Assembly (NCBI GenBank): GCA_049840735.1
Contig: JASGJN010000026.1
Coordinates: 32,001 to 96,000, forward strand
Length of the DNA: 64,000 nt
Direction: 5' to 3'
DNA from: Anaeromyxobacter sp.
GTDB lineage: Bacteria; Myxococcota; Myxococcia; Myxococcales; Anaeromyxobacteraceae
Shown here: positions 22,450 through 32,385 of the stretch, one piece after another
Numbering within the stretch: the first letter of the stretch is position 1
Layout of the letters: each line of letters opens with the position of its first letter
Translations under genes and position numbers: made by a program
The notes under the pieces: model-generated
What the model was told of the DNA's origin: nothing
The model's input: the letters and a program-made list of their open reading frames with translations, nothing else
The model's database searches: none

Positions 22450-23748
22450 TTGCACCTGGACATCAAGACCGCCCGCCTGCTCGCCGCGCTGCTGCTCTGC
22501 GCCGCTGCCGCCCGCGCAGAGGCGCTGGCGTATCCAACGCGCACGCTGGTGCAGCGGGTCTCCACGCCCTCGGGCTGGTTCTCGGTCTGGACCGGCGCGG
22601 ACGAGAAGACCGGCCAGCCGCTCTACTGGGCGACGCTCGACGCCGACGTGCTCTTCCCGCTGGGGCCGGACCGGCTGTCCATCGACGGCCAGGAGCCGGC
22701 CTCGCCGGGCGCAATGGCGCGGCTGGTGGTGGTGCGGACCACGCCCGCGGGCGCGAAGTGTCCGGCGGGCTGGCGCGTGCTGGATGCGCGGCTGGGCGCG
22801 CACGCCCGCATCTCCGAGCCGGTGGGGGCCTGCCGGCGCGAGGTGACGATCTCCGGCGAGGGCAACGGCTGGGAGCTGCGGCTGCCCGCCGGCGAGGGCG
22901 CGCCGGAGGAGGTCTACGCCTACGACCGCGGCCGGCTGGTACCCATCGGAAAGCTCACGCTGCGACAGGCGGTGGCGCTGGGGCAGGCGCGCGGGGTGGA
23001 GCTGGCGCTGGCGCGCGGGGAGCCGCCCGACTCGCCCGGCCGGGAGGGCTGCCCGGTGCTCACGCAGGCGGCCACCGCCGGGCACGCCGAGGTGGTGCGG
23101 CTGCTGCTGGCGCGCGGCGCCCGGCCGGACAGCCCGAAGCCGGGCCGCTGCTCGCCGCTGCTCACGCCGGGCTCGACGGAGGTGGCGCGGCTGCTGCTCG
23201 CAGCCGGTGCCTCGGTCTCGGTCCGCGGGGTGGAGGCGCGCACGCCGCTCCTGGAGGCGGCGGCCCGCGGTCAGGCGGAGCTGGCGGGGCTGCTGCTCGA
23301 TCAGCGCGCCCGGCTCGAGGACCACGACGACGGCGGGCGCACCGCGCTGGCGCTCGCGGTCCACGGAGGGGACGCCGCCACCATCCAGCTGCTGCTGGAC
23401 AGGGGCGCGCTGGTGGACGGCCGCGACGGGGCCGGCGAGACGGCGCTCTGGTACGCGGTGGCCGCGGCCGATCGCGCGCTGGCCGGGCGGCTGCTCGACG
23501 CCGGCGCGAACCCCAACCTGCCGGTCGGAGAGGACCGCGAGACGGTGCTGATGAAGGCGGCGGGGCTGGGCGACCTGGAGCTGGTGAAGCTGCTCCTGGC
23601 CCACGGCGCCGATCGCGCCGCGCAGAGCCGGGACGGCTGGGTGGCGGCGGACTACCCGCGCGGCGCCGCTCGCAAGGCGCTGGTACCGCTGCTGCGCGCG
23701 CCGGAGCCGGGGGCCGGGGCAGGCGCGCCGGGGTCGCTGCGGCTCTAG
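22450..23748 (+). CDS. Secreted ankyrin-repeat protein
   Basis: Signal peptide; C-terminal ankyrin repeats (GRTALALAV, GETALWYAV, ETVLMKAA..LLLAHGAD); TTG start inferred from RBS. Confidence 0.8.
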   Translation: MHLDIKTARLLAALLLCAAAARAEALAYPTRTLVQRVSTPSGWFSVWTGADEKTGQPLYWATLDADVLFPLGPDRLSIDGQEPASPGAMARLVVVRTTPAGAKCPAGWRVLDARLGAHARISEPVGACRREVTISGEGNGWELRLPAGEGAPEEVYAYDRGRLVPIGKLTLRQAVALGQARGVELALARGEPPDSPGREGCPVLTQAATAGHAEVVRLLLARGARPDSPKPGRCSPLLTPGSTEVARLLLAAGASVSVRGVEARTPLLEAAARGQAELAGLLLDQRARLEDHDDGGRTALALAVHGGDAATIQLLLDRGALVDGRDGAGETALWYAVAAADRALAGRLLDAGANPNLPVGEDRETVLMKAAGLGDLELVKLLLAHGADRAAQSRDGWVAADYPRGAARKALVPLLRAPEPGAGAGAPGSLRL

Positions 23749-23941
23749 CGTGCCTGCCAGACGAGATCCGGGCTGGACCAGCCGTACTCACCCTGCTGAC
23801 CGTAGCGGTAGCGCAGGTGTCCGCGGCCACAAGGCTACCACGCGGTGAACCAGCGCTCCGCGCCGCCGCTCCCGCCCTCGTTCTCCTCGGTCGCAGCGCG
23901 CCCAGAGGGCTCGCGACGTCGTCCCCCGCCCGCGGGCGCAC

Positions 23942-25528
23942 CTACCCCGCCGCCCGCAGCGTGACGTGAAACGCGCTGCCCTGCCCCAGCCAGCTCTCGG
24001 CGGCGAGGGCGCCGCCGTGGGCCTCCACCAGCCGGCGCGTGATGTAGAGCCCCAGGCCGAGCCCCTCCGCGCTGCGCGCGCTGGGGCTCCGGTAGAACCG
24101 CTCGAAGAGCCGCGGCAGCTCCTCCTGCGGGATGCCGGGGCCGTGGTCGCGGACGGTCAGGCGGACGGTGTCCGGCACCGGGCCGGGCGCCGCGGTCACC
24201 TCCACCGGCTGGTCCACCGGCGAGTACTTGAGCGCGTTGGTGAGCAGGTTGACCAGCACCCGCTCCAGCCGCGCCGGGTCGGCCAGCGCCGGCGCCAGCA
24301 CCTCGGGCACGGCGGTCCGGATCCGCTCCACCGCGAGCGCCCCGCGCAGCCGGTCGCGCAGCTCGGCCACGAAGGGCGAGAGCGGCACCGGGCGGGGCGA
24401 CACCTTGACCTGCCCGGACTCCAGCCGGATCACCTCGACCAGGTCCTCGATCATGGCCGACATGCGGTGGGTGCTGGTCTGGAGCGCCTGGGCCCGGCGC
24501 AGGACCACCGCCGGATCCTCCGGGCGGCGGGCCAGCATCTGCGCCTGGGCGGAGATCACCGTCAGCGGCGTGCGCAGGTCGTGCGAGATGGCCCGCATCA
24601 GGTCCTCGCGCTGGTCCTGCAGCTCGCGCAGCCGGGTGATGTCCGAGAAGGTGGTGACCGCGCCGCGCAGCTCGCCATCCAGGCCGCTCAGCGGCGCGGC
24701 GGAGATGGTGGCCCAGAAGGCCGGCCGGCTGCCGTCCAGCCGCCGGAAGCAGACCTCGCTGCCGCGCACCACCTCGCCGCGCAGCGCGCGCGTGGTGGGG
24801 TGCTGGTCGAAGGGGAGGAGCGCGCCGCTGGAGGCGCGCAGCTCGAACAGCGCCAGCCGCTCGCGGGCCGGGAGCGCCTGCTCCGCGGCGCTGTAGCCCA
24901 GCAGCCGCTGCGCGGTCGCGTTGAGGCGGGCCACGCGCCCGGAGGGATTGGTGATTACCAGGCCGTCGGCGATCGACTCCAGCACCGCGTCCAGCTCGGA
25001 GGCGCGGCGCCGGGCCTCGTCGGCGGCGGCCTCCGCCGAAGCCCGGCTGACCTCGGCGGCCCGCTGCACCAGCTCGGCCTCCAGCACCTTCTCGCGCTCG
25101 CGGGCCAGCTCCGCCTCGCGGCGGCGCGCCAGCACCTCGCCGGTCCGGTCGAGCAGGTGGAGCGCGATGGCGGCCGGGTCCCCGGCCCGGCCGATGATGG
25201 GCTGCATCGAGGAGCTCAGGTAGACCACCTCGGGCGGCCCGGCCACGTCGCGCAGCAGCTCGAGGCGCCGCTCGTGCTCCACCACCGGGAGCCCGGAGGC
25301 CCGGGCCCGCTCCAGCAGCGGGAGCACCTCGGCGGCGTGCTCGGGGAAGACCTGGGCGAAGGTCCGGCCCACCACCTCGCGCCCGCCGGCCAGCGTCAGG
25401 TACGCGCGGTTGGCGTAGGTGAAGGCGTAGTCCGGCCCCTCCAGCAGCGCCAGCGCGGCCGGGCCGGTGTCGAGCAGCGCCCGCGCGATCCACGGGAGTG
25501 AGCGTTCGCTGTCCGGAGAGTCCGCCAT
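23942..25528 (-). CDS. Cytoplasmic PAS-PAS sensor histidine kinase
   Basis: Two PAS-like domains, [32 protein letters not shown]. Confidence 0.92.
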   Translation of the reverse strand: MADSPDSERSLPWIARALLDTGPAALALLEGPDYAFTYANRAYLTLAGGREVVGRTFAQVFPEHAAEVLPLLERARASGLPVVEHERRLELLRDVAGPPEVVYLSSSMQPIIGRAGDPAAIALHLLDRTGEVLARRREAELAREREKVLEAELVQRAAEVSRASAEAAADEARRRASELDAVLESIADGLVITNPSGRVARLNATAQRLLGYSAAEQALPARERLALFELRASSGALLPFDQHPTTRALRGEVVRGSEVCFRRLDGSRPAFWATISAAPLSGLDGELRGAVTTFSDITRLRELQDQREDLMRAISHDLRTPLTVISAQAQMLARRPEDPAVVLRRAQALQTSTHRMSAMIEDLVEVIRLESGQVKVSPRPVPLSPFVAELRDRLRGALAVERIRTAVPEVLAPALADPARLERVLVNLLTNALKYSPVDQPVEVTAAPGPVPDTVRLTVRDHGPGIPQEELPRLFERFYRSPSARSAEGLGLGLYITRRLVEAHGGALAAESWLGQGSAFHVTLRAAG

Positions 25529-25643
25529 CGCCGTCGTGCACCGAGCGGAGCCGGAGGACGGCTCCAGCTCCCACCCCGGGAGCCGGCGCAGGTTACCACG
25601 GCGGGCCCACGCCCCGGAGCGGCGGCGGCCCCGCCGCTGCGAC

Positions 25644-26132
25644 CTATTCGCGGAAGTTCTGGAACTGGAGCGGGATCTTGAGCCCGCCCTGGCGGATGGC
25701 CTGGATGGCGGCCTGCAGGTCGTCGCGCTTCTTCCCCGTCACGCGGACCGCCTCGCCCTGGATGGCGGCCTGGACCTTGAGCCCCGACTCCTTCACCACG
25801 GCCACGATCTTCTTCGCGTCCTCCGACTTGAGGCCGCGCTTCAGCTTGATGAGCTGCCGCACCGCGCCCATCGAGGCCGGCTCCACCTTCTGCGGGTCCA
25901 CGCCCTCCAGCGGCACGCCGCGCTTGGCCAGCTTCTCCAGCAGCACCTGCAGCGCCGCCTCGGCGCGCCCCTCCGAGCCCGCCTTGACGAGGACGTTCAG
26001 CTCCTTGTCCCGCTCCAGGTCGGTGTTCGTGCCCTTGAAGTCGAACCGCTGCGCGATCTCCTTCCGCGCCTGGTTGAAGGCGTTCTCCACCTCCATCATG
26101 TTCAGGTCGGACACCACGTCGAAGCTGGGCAT
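25644..26132 (-). CDS. yajQ: YajQ family cyclic di-GMP-binding protein
   Basis: MPSFDVVS..RFDFKG..RVTGKKRDDLQ..LQFQNFRE. Confidence 0.95.
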   Translation of the reverse strand: MPSFDVVSDLNMMEVENAFNQARKEIAQRFDFKGTNTDLERDKELNVLVKAGSEGRAEAALQVLLEKLAKRGVPLEGVDPQKVEPASMGAVRQLIKLKRGLKSEDAKKIVAVVKESGLKVQAAIQGEAVRVTGKKRDDLQAAIQAIRQGGLKIPLQFQNFRE

Positions 26133-26162
26133 GTCGGCGGCACCTCGGTCGTTCGGATCCGG

Positions 26163-27815
26163 TCAGAGCTCCAGCACCACCGGTAGCACGGTCGGGCGCC
26201 GCCCGGTGGTCCTGCGGAAGTGCCGGCGCACCGCCAGGCGGAGCGCCTCCTGCACCTCGGCCACGTCGGCGCGCGCCTGCGGCGACAGCTCCTCCAGCGC
26301 CCGCGCCACCTCGCCGCGCAGCTCGTCCTCGTTCCCCTCGAAGCCGGCCACGCCGCGGGCGAACAGCTCCGGCCCGCGCACCACCGCGCCGGTGGCCTTC
26401 TCCACCGCCAGCACCGCGATGCAGAGGCCGGCCTCGGCCAGCAGCCGCCGGTCCTTCACCACCATGGCGCCGATGTCCGCGCCCAGCAGCGCGTCGCGGT
26501 CGGTGTAGACGCGGCCGGTGGGGATGGGCTCCGCCAGCACGCCGGCGCCCAGGTCGGTCAGCTCCAGCACCTGCCCGTCCACCAGGATGTCGCGGCGGCG
26601 CACGCCCTCGGCGGCGGCGTGCGCGGCGTGGCGGGCCAGGTGGCGGTACTCGCCGTGGATGGGGACGAAGTGGTCCGGGCGGGCCAGCTGGATGAGCCGG
26701 CGCTGCTCCGCCTCCTGGGCGTGGCCGGAGACGTGGAGCGGGCGCAGGCTCTCGTAGACCACCTCGGCGCCGCGGCGGCAGAGCGCGTTGACCACCTGCC
26801 CGACCGCCACCTCGTTGCCGGGGATGAAGCGGGAGGAGAGGATCACCAGGTCGCCGGGCTTCACCTCCAGCTCCGGGTGCTCGCCGCGCGCCAGCCGCGC
26901 CAGGGCGCTGCGCGGCTCGCCCTGCGTGCCGGTGGTGAGCACGCACAGCTCGCGCGGCGGCAGCCCGCGCGCCTCGTCGGCGGAGACCGGCATCCAGCCC
27001 GGCATGTCCAGGTAGCCGAGCTGCTGGGCGATCCGGACGTTGGCCTCCATGGCCCGCCCCAGGAACGCCACCCGCCGGCCGAAGGCGCGCGCGGCGTTCA
27101 CGATGCCCTGGATGCGGTGGACGTTGGAGGCGAAGCAGGCCACGAAGACGCGGCCGCGGGCCCCCTCGAACGCCTCCTCCAGCGCCGGCCCGACGGCCGC
27201 CTCGGAGAGCGAGGTGCCGGCCCGCTCGGCGTTGGTGGAGTCGGAGAGGAGCAGCCGCACGCCCTCCCGGCCCAGCGCCTCGATGCGGGCCAGGTCCATG
27301 CCCCGCCCGCCCAGCGGCGTGGGGTCGATCTTGAAGTCGCCGGAGTGGAGGATGGTCCCCTGCGGCGTGCGCAGCGCCAGGCCGCAGGCGTCGGGGATGG
27401 AGTGGGTGACGGAGAAGAACTCGGCCGCGATGGGGCAGGCCTCGCCCGCCTCGCGCACGTCGCCGGGGAGGACCTCGCGCAGGTCGGCCTTCACGCCGGC
27501 CTCGTCCAGGCGCGGCCGGAGCAGCTCCAGCGTGAAGCGGGTGGCGTAGACCGGGACCGGGATCTCGCGGAGCAGGAAGGGCACCGCGCCCACGTGGTCC
27601 TCGTGGCCGTGGGTGAGGAAGATGGCGCCGACCTGCTCCCGCCGCTCCCGCAGCCAGGACAGGTCGGGCGCGATCACGTCCACGCCGATGGGCTCGTTGG
27701 GGAAGAGGATGCCGCAGTCGAGCACGGCGATGCGGCCGTCGGTCTCGACGGCCATGCAGTTCATGCCGATCTCGCCGAGGCCGCCGAGCGGCAGGATCCT
27801 GACGGGCGGAGCCAC
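26163..27815 (-). CDS. rnj: Ribonuclease J
   Basis: LPLGGLGEIGMN, THGHEDHVG, HSIPD, GDFK, DSTNA, GTQGEP, HVSGHA, PIHGE. Confidence 0.95.
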   Translation of the reverse strand: MAPPVRILPLGGLGEIGMNCMAVETDGRIAVLDCGILFPNEPIGVDVIAPDLSWLRERREQVGAIFLTHGHEDHVGAVPFLLREIPVPVYATRFTLELLRPRLDEAGVKADLREVLPGDVREAGEACPIAAEFFSVTHSIPDACGLALRTPQGTILHSGDFKIDPTPLGGRGMDLARIEALGREGVRLLLSDSTNAERAGTSLSEAAVGPALEEAFEGARGRVFVACFASNVHRIQGIVNAARAFGRRVAFLGRAMEANVRIAQQLGYLDMPGWMPVSADEARGLPPRELCVLTTGTQGEPRSALARLARGEHPELEVKPGDLVILSSRFIPGNEVAVGQVVNALCRRGAEVVYESLRPLHVSGHAQEAEQRRLIQLARPDHFVPIHGEYRHLARHAAHAAAEGVRRRDILVDGQVLELTDLGAGVLAEPIPTGRVYTDRDALLGADIGAMVVKDRRLLAEAGLCIAVLAVEKATGAVVRGPELFARGVAGFEGNEDELRGEVARALEELSPQARADVAEVQEALRLAVRRHFRRTTGRRPTVLPVVLEL

Positions 27816-28038
27816 GCCCGGAATCTACCCCTGGCCCGATCCCGGCGGACAGCCAAAGAGATGCGAAGACATCGGCGGGAGAGAGGGCCGGCTCCCTGGT
27901 TCCGGCCCACTCCCCCGCCGCGTGGCAGACCAGGCGCCGGCGGTCGGCGCCCCCGTTCCGCTCACGGTGATAAGAGGAGCGGGGCGGCGGTTCGTGACCG
28001 GACCAGCCGGGCTGCGACCACCTGCCCCGCTCGCTCGC

Positions 28039-29529
28039 CTACTTCAGCTCACCGGAGGCGGCCTTGAAGACCTTCTCCATCAGCTCGCTCGAGCCCTTCT
28101 CGAAGGCGGCCATCTCCTTCCAGCCCTGGCGCACCCCCTCCTGCACCAGGCGCTGCAGCTCCTTCTCCTCCGGGGCGCGGGCCGGGCGCTGCAGCGGGGA
28201 GAACTTCTCCAGCAGCACCTTCATGACGCCGCCCAGGGCGAACTGCTCGTGGAGGTACGGGCCGCGGAAGGGGGGCGGGTCGGGCTGCGGGATGGGCAGC
28301 CGGACGGCCTCCTGCAGCGCCCGGTCGTAGAAGCCGTGGACGAACTGGCTGACCGTGCACTGCGAGGCGCGCCGGCCCAGCGCGTCCACCGCCGCGCCGC
28401 CCAGCACCAGGATGGGCGCGTCGGCGGTCAGCTCGCGGAAGGGCGGCGTGAAGATGAGGCCGTGGGCGGCGCGGTAGGCCATGGCGGAGATGGTGGCGCT
28501 GCGGGAGAGCCAGAGCCCCACGTTCCAGTAGTAGTTGTGGATCCGGTCCACGGTGGCGCCGGCCGGGAAGCCCAGCAGGTTGATGTTGAACCAGTGGTGC
28601 CAGGTGGCGTCCACCACGATGCGCCCCACCCCCTGCGCGTGCCCCTCGTAGGCGCCCAGCACGCCGAAGCGCTTGCCGTTCACCGGCCCGAAGCCGTCGG
28701 TGTTGGTGTGCGGGATGACGTCGGCCCAGGCGATGACCTCGGGCCCCTGGCCGCCCGGCCAGTCGGCGTTCCCGGCCACGCTGGCCGGCGCCACGATCTC
28801 CCCCTCGTGCATGTGGTCGGGGAGGATGTCGATCACGCCGGTCCGGCCGCAGAGCACCGGGTGCGGCCGGCGGCGGTCGATGAACACGAAGGGCGACCAC
28901 ACGTGGTACAGCCGCGGGACGATCTTCTGCGGCACCTCGTCCGACTGGTCGTTGAACTGGAAGCCGGCCGAGGGGCCCTCCCTGCAGGTGTCGTGGCGGT
29001 TCACCCCCGACTGCGGGGGCGGGGCGCCGGCCGGGCCCCCGGACTTCCAGCGCCGCATCTCCTTGACGCGCGGCAGCTCGGAGCAGAGCCCGGCGCCCAG
29101 GTCGGCGTGGTCCCCCATGGCCAGGACGCCGCCGCCGCCGTCCATGAAGGCGCGCAGCGCGGCGAGCTCCCCGAGCGGCAGCGCGTCGAACGCGCCGGTC
29201 ACACCGAAGAGCCAGATTTGATCGAAGGAGGAGAGGGCCACCGGCGGGCTGTCGAAGTGGAAGTTGTCGTGGTGCGGGACGGCGGCGTCCTCGAACCGGG
29301 CGCCGCTGGTCCGGTGCGCCGTGGTGATGTCGAAGCGGACCCACCACCAGGGGTCGGTGCGCATCGCCGTGATGGCGCGCCCCAGGCCGAACGAGGCCAC
29401 CGAGTCGAACGAGCCGCCGCCGTCGGTGACGATCAGGATCTTCGTCGGCACCGGGCGCAGCAGCCAGTCGAGCCGGGTGAGCTCGCGGGTCTCGAGATCG
29501 AACAGCTCCTTCTCGCGGATACGGTCCAT
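28039..29529 (-). CDS. Hypothetical protein, possible class I glutamine-amidotransferase-like fold
   Basis: Complex, Trp/His-rich 496-aa ORF with host codon style; FDQIWLFG, FMDGGGGVLAMGDH, DHMHEGE, GRIVVDATWHHW. Confidence 0.7.
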   Translation of the reverse strand: MDRIREKELFDLETRELTRLDWLLRPVPTKILIVTDGGGSFDSVASFGLGRAITAMRTDPWWWVRFDITTAHRTSGARFEDAAVPHHDNFHFDSPPVALSSFDQIWLFGVTGAFDALPLGELAALRAFMDGGGGVLAMGDHADLGAGLCSELPRVKEMRRWKSGGPAGAPPPQSGVNRHDTCREGPSAGFQFNDQSDEVPQKIVPRLYHVWSPFVFIDRRRPHPVLCGRTGVIDILPDHMHEGEIVAPASVAGNADWPGGQGPEVIAWADVIPHTNTDGFGPVNGKRFGVLGAYEGHAQGVGRIVVDATWHHWFNINLLGFPAGATVDRIHNYYWNVGLWLSRSATISAMAYRAAHGLIFTPPFRELTADAPILVLGGAAVDALGRRASQCTVSQFVHGFYDRALQEAVRLPIPQPDPPPFRGPYLHEQFALGGVMKVLLEKFSPLQRPARAPEEKELQRLVQEGVRQGWKEMAAFEKGSSELMEKVFKAASGELK

Positions 29530-29808
29530 GGTTCTCTTCCCCCCCGCGCCTGCGGCGCGAGTCCACGCGAAGCCGGCATGACTCCGAGTGCAGGCGGCGA
29601 TCTGCGCGCGGTGGCGGGCACCCACAAGGCCCCGGAGCGTGCAAGCATGTCTTTCACGACGAGTGACACGCAGGCGCGGGACGCCTGGAAGCGCTCACAC
29701 TGCGAGTGCGATCAGAGGGGTGGGGGGATGTGACGGCGGAGCGGAGGCCGGGAAGGGGCAGCGAGGGTCGATCGGGCCGGACTCGTCGCACCGCTCGTGG
29801 TGAGCGCG

Positions 29809-29949
29809 GGGCCCTTGGCCTTCGACTCCGCCGCCGCTGCGCGGCGGCTACGCTCAGGCCGAACGGACGACCAGGCGGACCGTGGACCCAAAGCGTTCGG
29901 CCTGAGCGTAGGGCCTGCTCCGCAGGCCCGGAGTCGAAGGCCAGGGCCC
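29809..29949. repeat. Inverted REP doublet (REPIN-like)
   Basis: Reverse copy 29817-29866 and forward copy 29893-29942, with GGGCCC flanks extending the inverted repeat. Confidence 0.9.
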
Positions 29950-30005
29950 GCTTCCATGCTGCGCTCGGCAACCGTCACCCAGATCGACTATGTTCCGCCC
30001 CCTGC

Positions 30006-32385
30006 ATGGCCCAGGACCTGCTCCAGGATCTCAACGACGCCCAGCGCGAGGCGGTGCTGCACGGCGACGGCCCGCTGCTGGTGCTGGCGGGCGCCGGCTC
30101 CGGCAAGACCCGCGTCATCGTCCACCGGATCGCCCGGCTGGTGCTGGAGCAGGGGGTCATGCCCTGGCACGTCCTGGCCGTCACCTTCACCAACAAGGCC
30201 GCAGGGGAGATGAAGGAGCGGCTGGAGGGGCTCTTGGGGCCGACGCTGGCGGCCGACCTGTGGGTCCAGACCTTCCACGCCTTCGGCGCCCGCTTCCTGC
30301 GCCGCGAGGCGGCGCGCGCCGGGCTGCCGCCGGCCTTCGTCATCTACGACGACGACGACCAGATTCCGGCTCATGAAGGGGCTCTTGGCGGAGATGGGCG
30401 CCGACGAGCAGTTCTCGCCGCGCGAGGCCCTCTCGCAGATCGACCGCTGGAAGAACGCCGCCCTGCTGCCGGACGAGGTGAAGCCCGCCCACCACGACGA
30501 GCGCGGGCTCAAGCTGCAGGAGGCCTACCGCCGCTACACCGCGCAGCTGGCGCGGGCCGGCGCGGTGGACTTCGGCGACCTGCTGGTCTGCCCGCTGCGG
30601 CTGCTGGAGCAGGACCGCTTCCTGCGCGAGCGGTGGGCGGGGCGCTTCCGCTACCTGCTGGTGGACGAGTTCCAGGACACGAACCCGGCGCAGTACCGGC
30701 TCATGCGGCTCCTGGCCGGGGAGCGCCGGAACGTCTGCGTGGTGGGCGACGACGACCAGGCCATCTACCGCTGGCGCGGCGCCGACGTATCCAACATCCT
30801 CGACTTCGACAAGGACTTCCCCGGCACGCGCGTGGTCAAGCTGGAGCAGAATTACCGCTCCACCCGCAACGTGCTGGACGCCGCCCACGCCGTCATCTCG
30901 CGCGCCCGGCGACGGCGCGAGAAGCGGCTCTGGACCGAGCGCGACGGCGGCGCGCCGCTGGCGCTGCTGGTGGGCGAGGACGAGCACACCGAGGCGGAGC
31001 GGATCGCGCGCGCGGTGGTGGAGGAGCGGGCGCGCGGGACGCAGGGCGACGAGATCGCGGTCCTGTACCGGACCAACGCCCAGTCGCGGCCCATCGAGGC
31101 GGCGCTGCGCGCGGTCCGCGTCCCCTACGTGATCGTGCGCGGCACCAGCTTCTACGACCGGGCCGAGGTGAAGGACGCCGCCGCGTATCTCCGCCTGGCG
31201 CTCAACCCCTCCTCCGACCTGGACGTGCTGCGGGTCATCAACCGCCCGGCGCGCGGCATCGGCGACCGGACGGTGGAGCGGCTGCAGGCGCTGGCCCGCG
31301 CCCGCGACCTGCCGCTGATCCAGGCCATGGGGGACCGCGACGCGCTGGCGGAGCTGAAGCCGGCCGCCCGGCGGGCGCTGGGCGAGTTCCACGCGCTGGT
31401 GATGGCGCTGGCCGCCGAGGTGCCCAGCGCCGACGCCGGCACCGCGGTGCAGGAGGCGCTGAAGCGGAGCGGGATGCTGGCCCGCCTGGAGGAGGAGCGG
31501 AGCGACGAGGCGGTGGAGCGGGCCGAGAACCTGACCGAGCTGGTCGCGGCCGCGCGCGAGTTCGACGAGACGCTGCTGGGCGAGCCGGCGCCGCGCGATC
31601 CGGAGGAGGTGCGCCCGCCGCCGCTGGCGCGCTTCCTGGAGCAGATCGCGCTGCTGGGCGAGGCCGACGCGGCCACGCCGGAGGGGCGGGTGGCGCTCAT
31701 GACGCTGCACGCCGCCAAGGGGCTGGAGTTCGACGCGGTCTTCCTGGCCGGGCTGGAGGACGGGACGCTCCCCTACGAGCGCCCCTGGGCCGAGGAGTCC
31801 GGGAGCGAGCGGGCGGAGAGCCTGGATGAGGAGCGGCGGCTCTGCTACGTGGGCATGACCCGCGCGCGCAAGCGCCTCACGCTCTCGCTGGCGCGCCGGC
31901 GCATGGGCTACGGAGACGGGGGCCCGAGCTACCGGCAGATGGAGCCCAGCCGGTTCCTGCGCGACCTGCCGCCGGAGCTGTTCGGCGACGCGGTGGCGCG
32001 CGGGGTGCGCGCCCACGAGGCGCGCCGGGCCGGCGGCTACGACGACGCCCCGCCCCAGGCCCGCGCCCCCATCATCCGCCGCCACCCGGGCGCCCTGGAG
32101 GGCGAGCCGCACTACGAGCTGGACGGCGAGGAGGTGGTGCGCCCGCCGCCGCGCCCGCGCGCCGTCCCCAGCCGCGGCGAGCCCACGGTGGACTACTCCT
32201 TCGACCAGCGCGGCGGCCCCGGCGGCGCCGCCTTCGCGCGCGGGGAGCGGGTGGTGCACGGCACGCTGGGCGAGGGCGTGGTGGTGACCTGCGACGCCGG
32301 CGGCGCAGAGGCCAAGGCCACGGTCCGCTTCTTCGAGGCGGGCGAGAAGCGGGTGCTGGCGCGGTTCCTCCAGCGCGCGGAGTGA
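30006..32385 (+). CDS. uvrD: UvrD/PcrA ATP-dependent DNA helicase; +1 frameshift at ~30364
   Basis: AGAGSGKT, TFTNKAA, VDEFQDTN, GDDDQAIYRWRG, NYRST, TLHAAKGLEF, EERRLCYVGMTRA; removing one T joins the two ORFs. Confidence 0.93.

Noticed and set aside
30360..30375. Programmed frameshifting or true pseudogenisation of uvrD and other split genes
   Set aside because: No slippery heptamers; single-base fixes restore intact conserved proteins, typical of long-read errors
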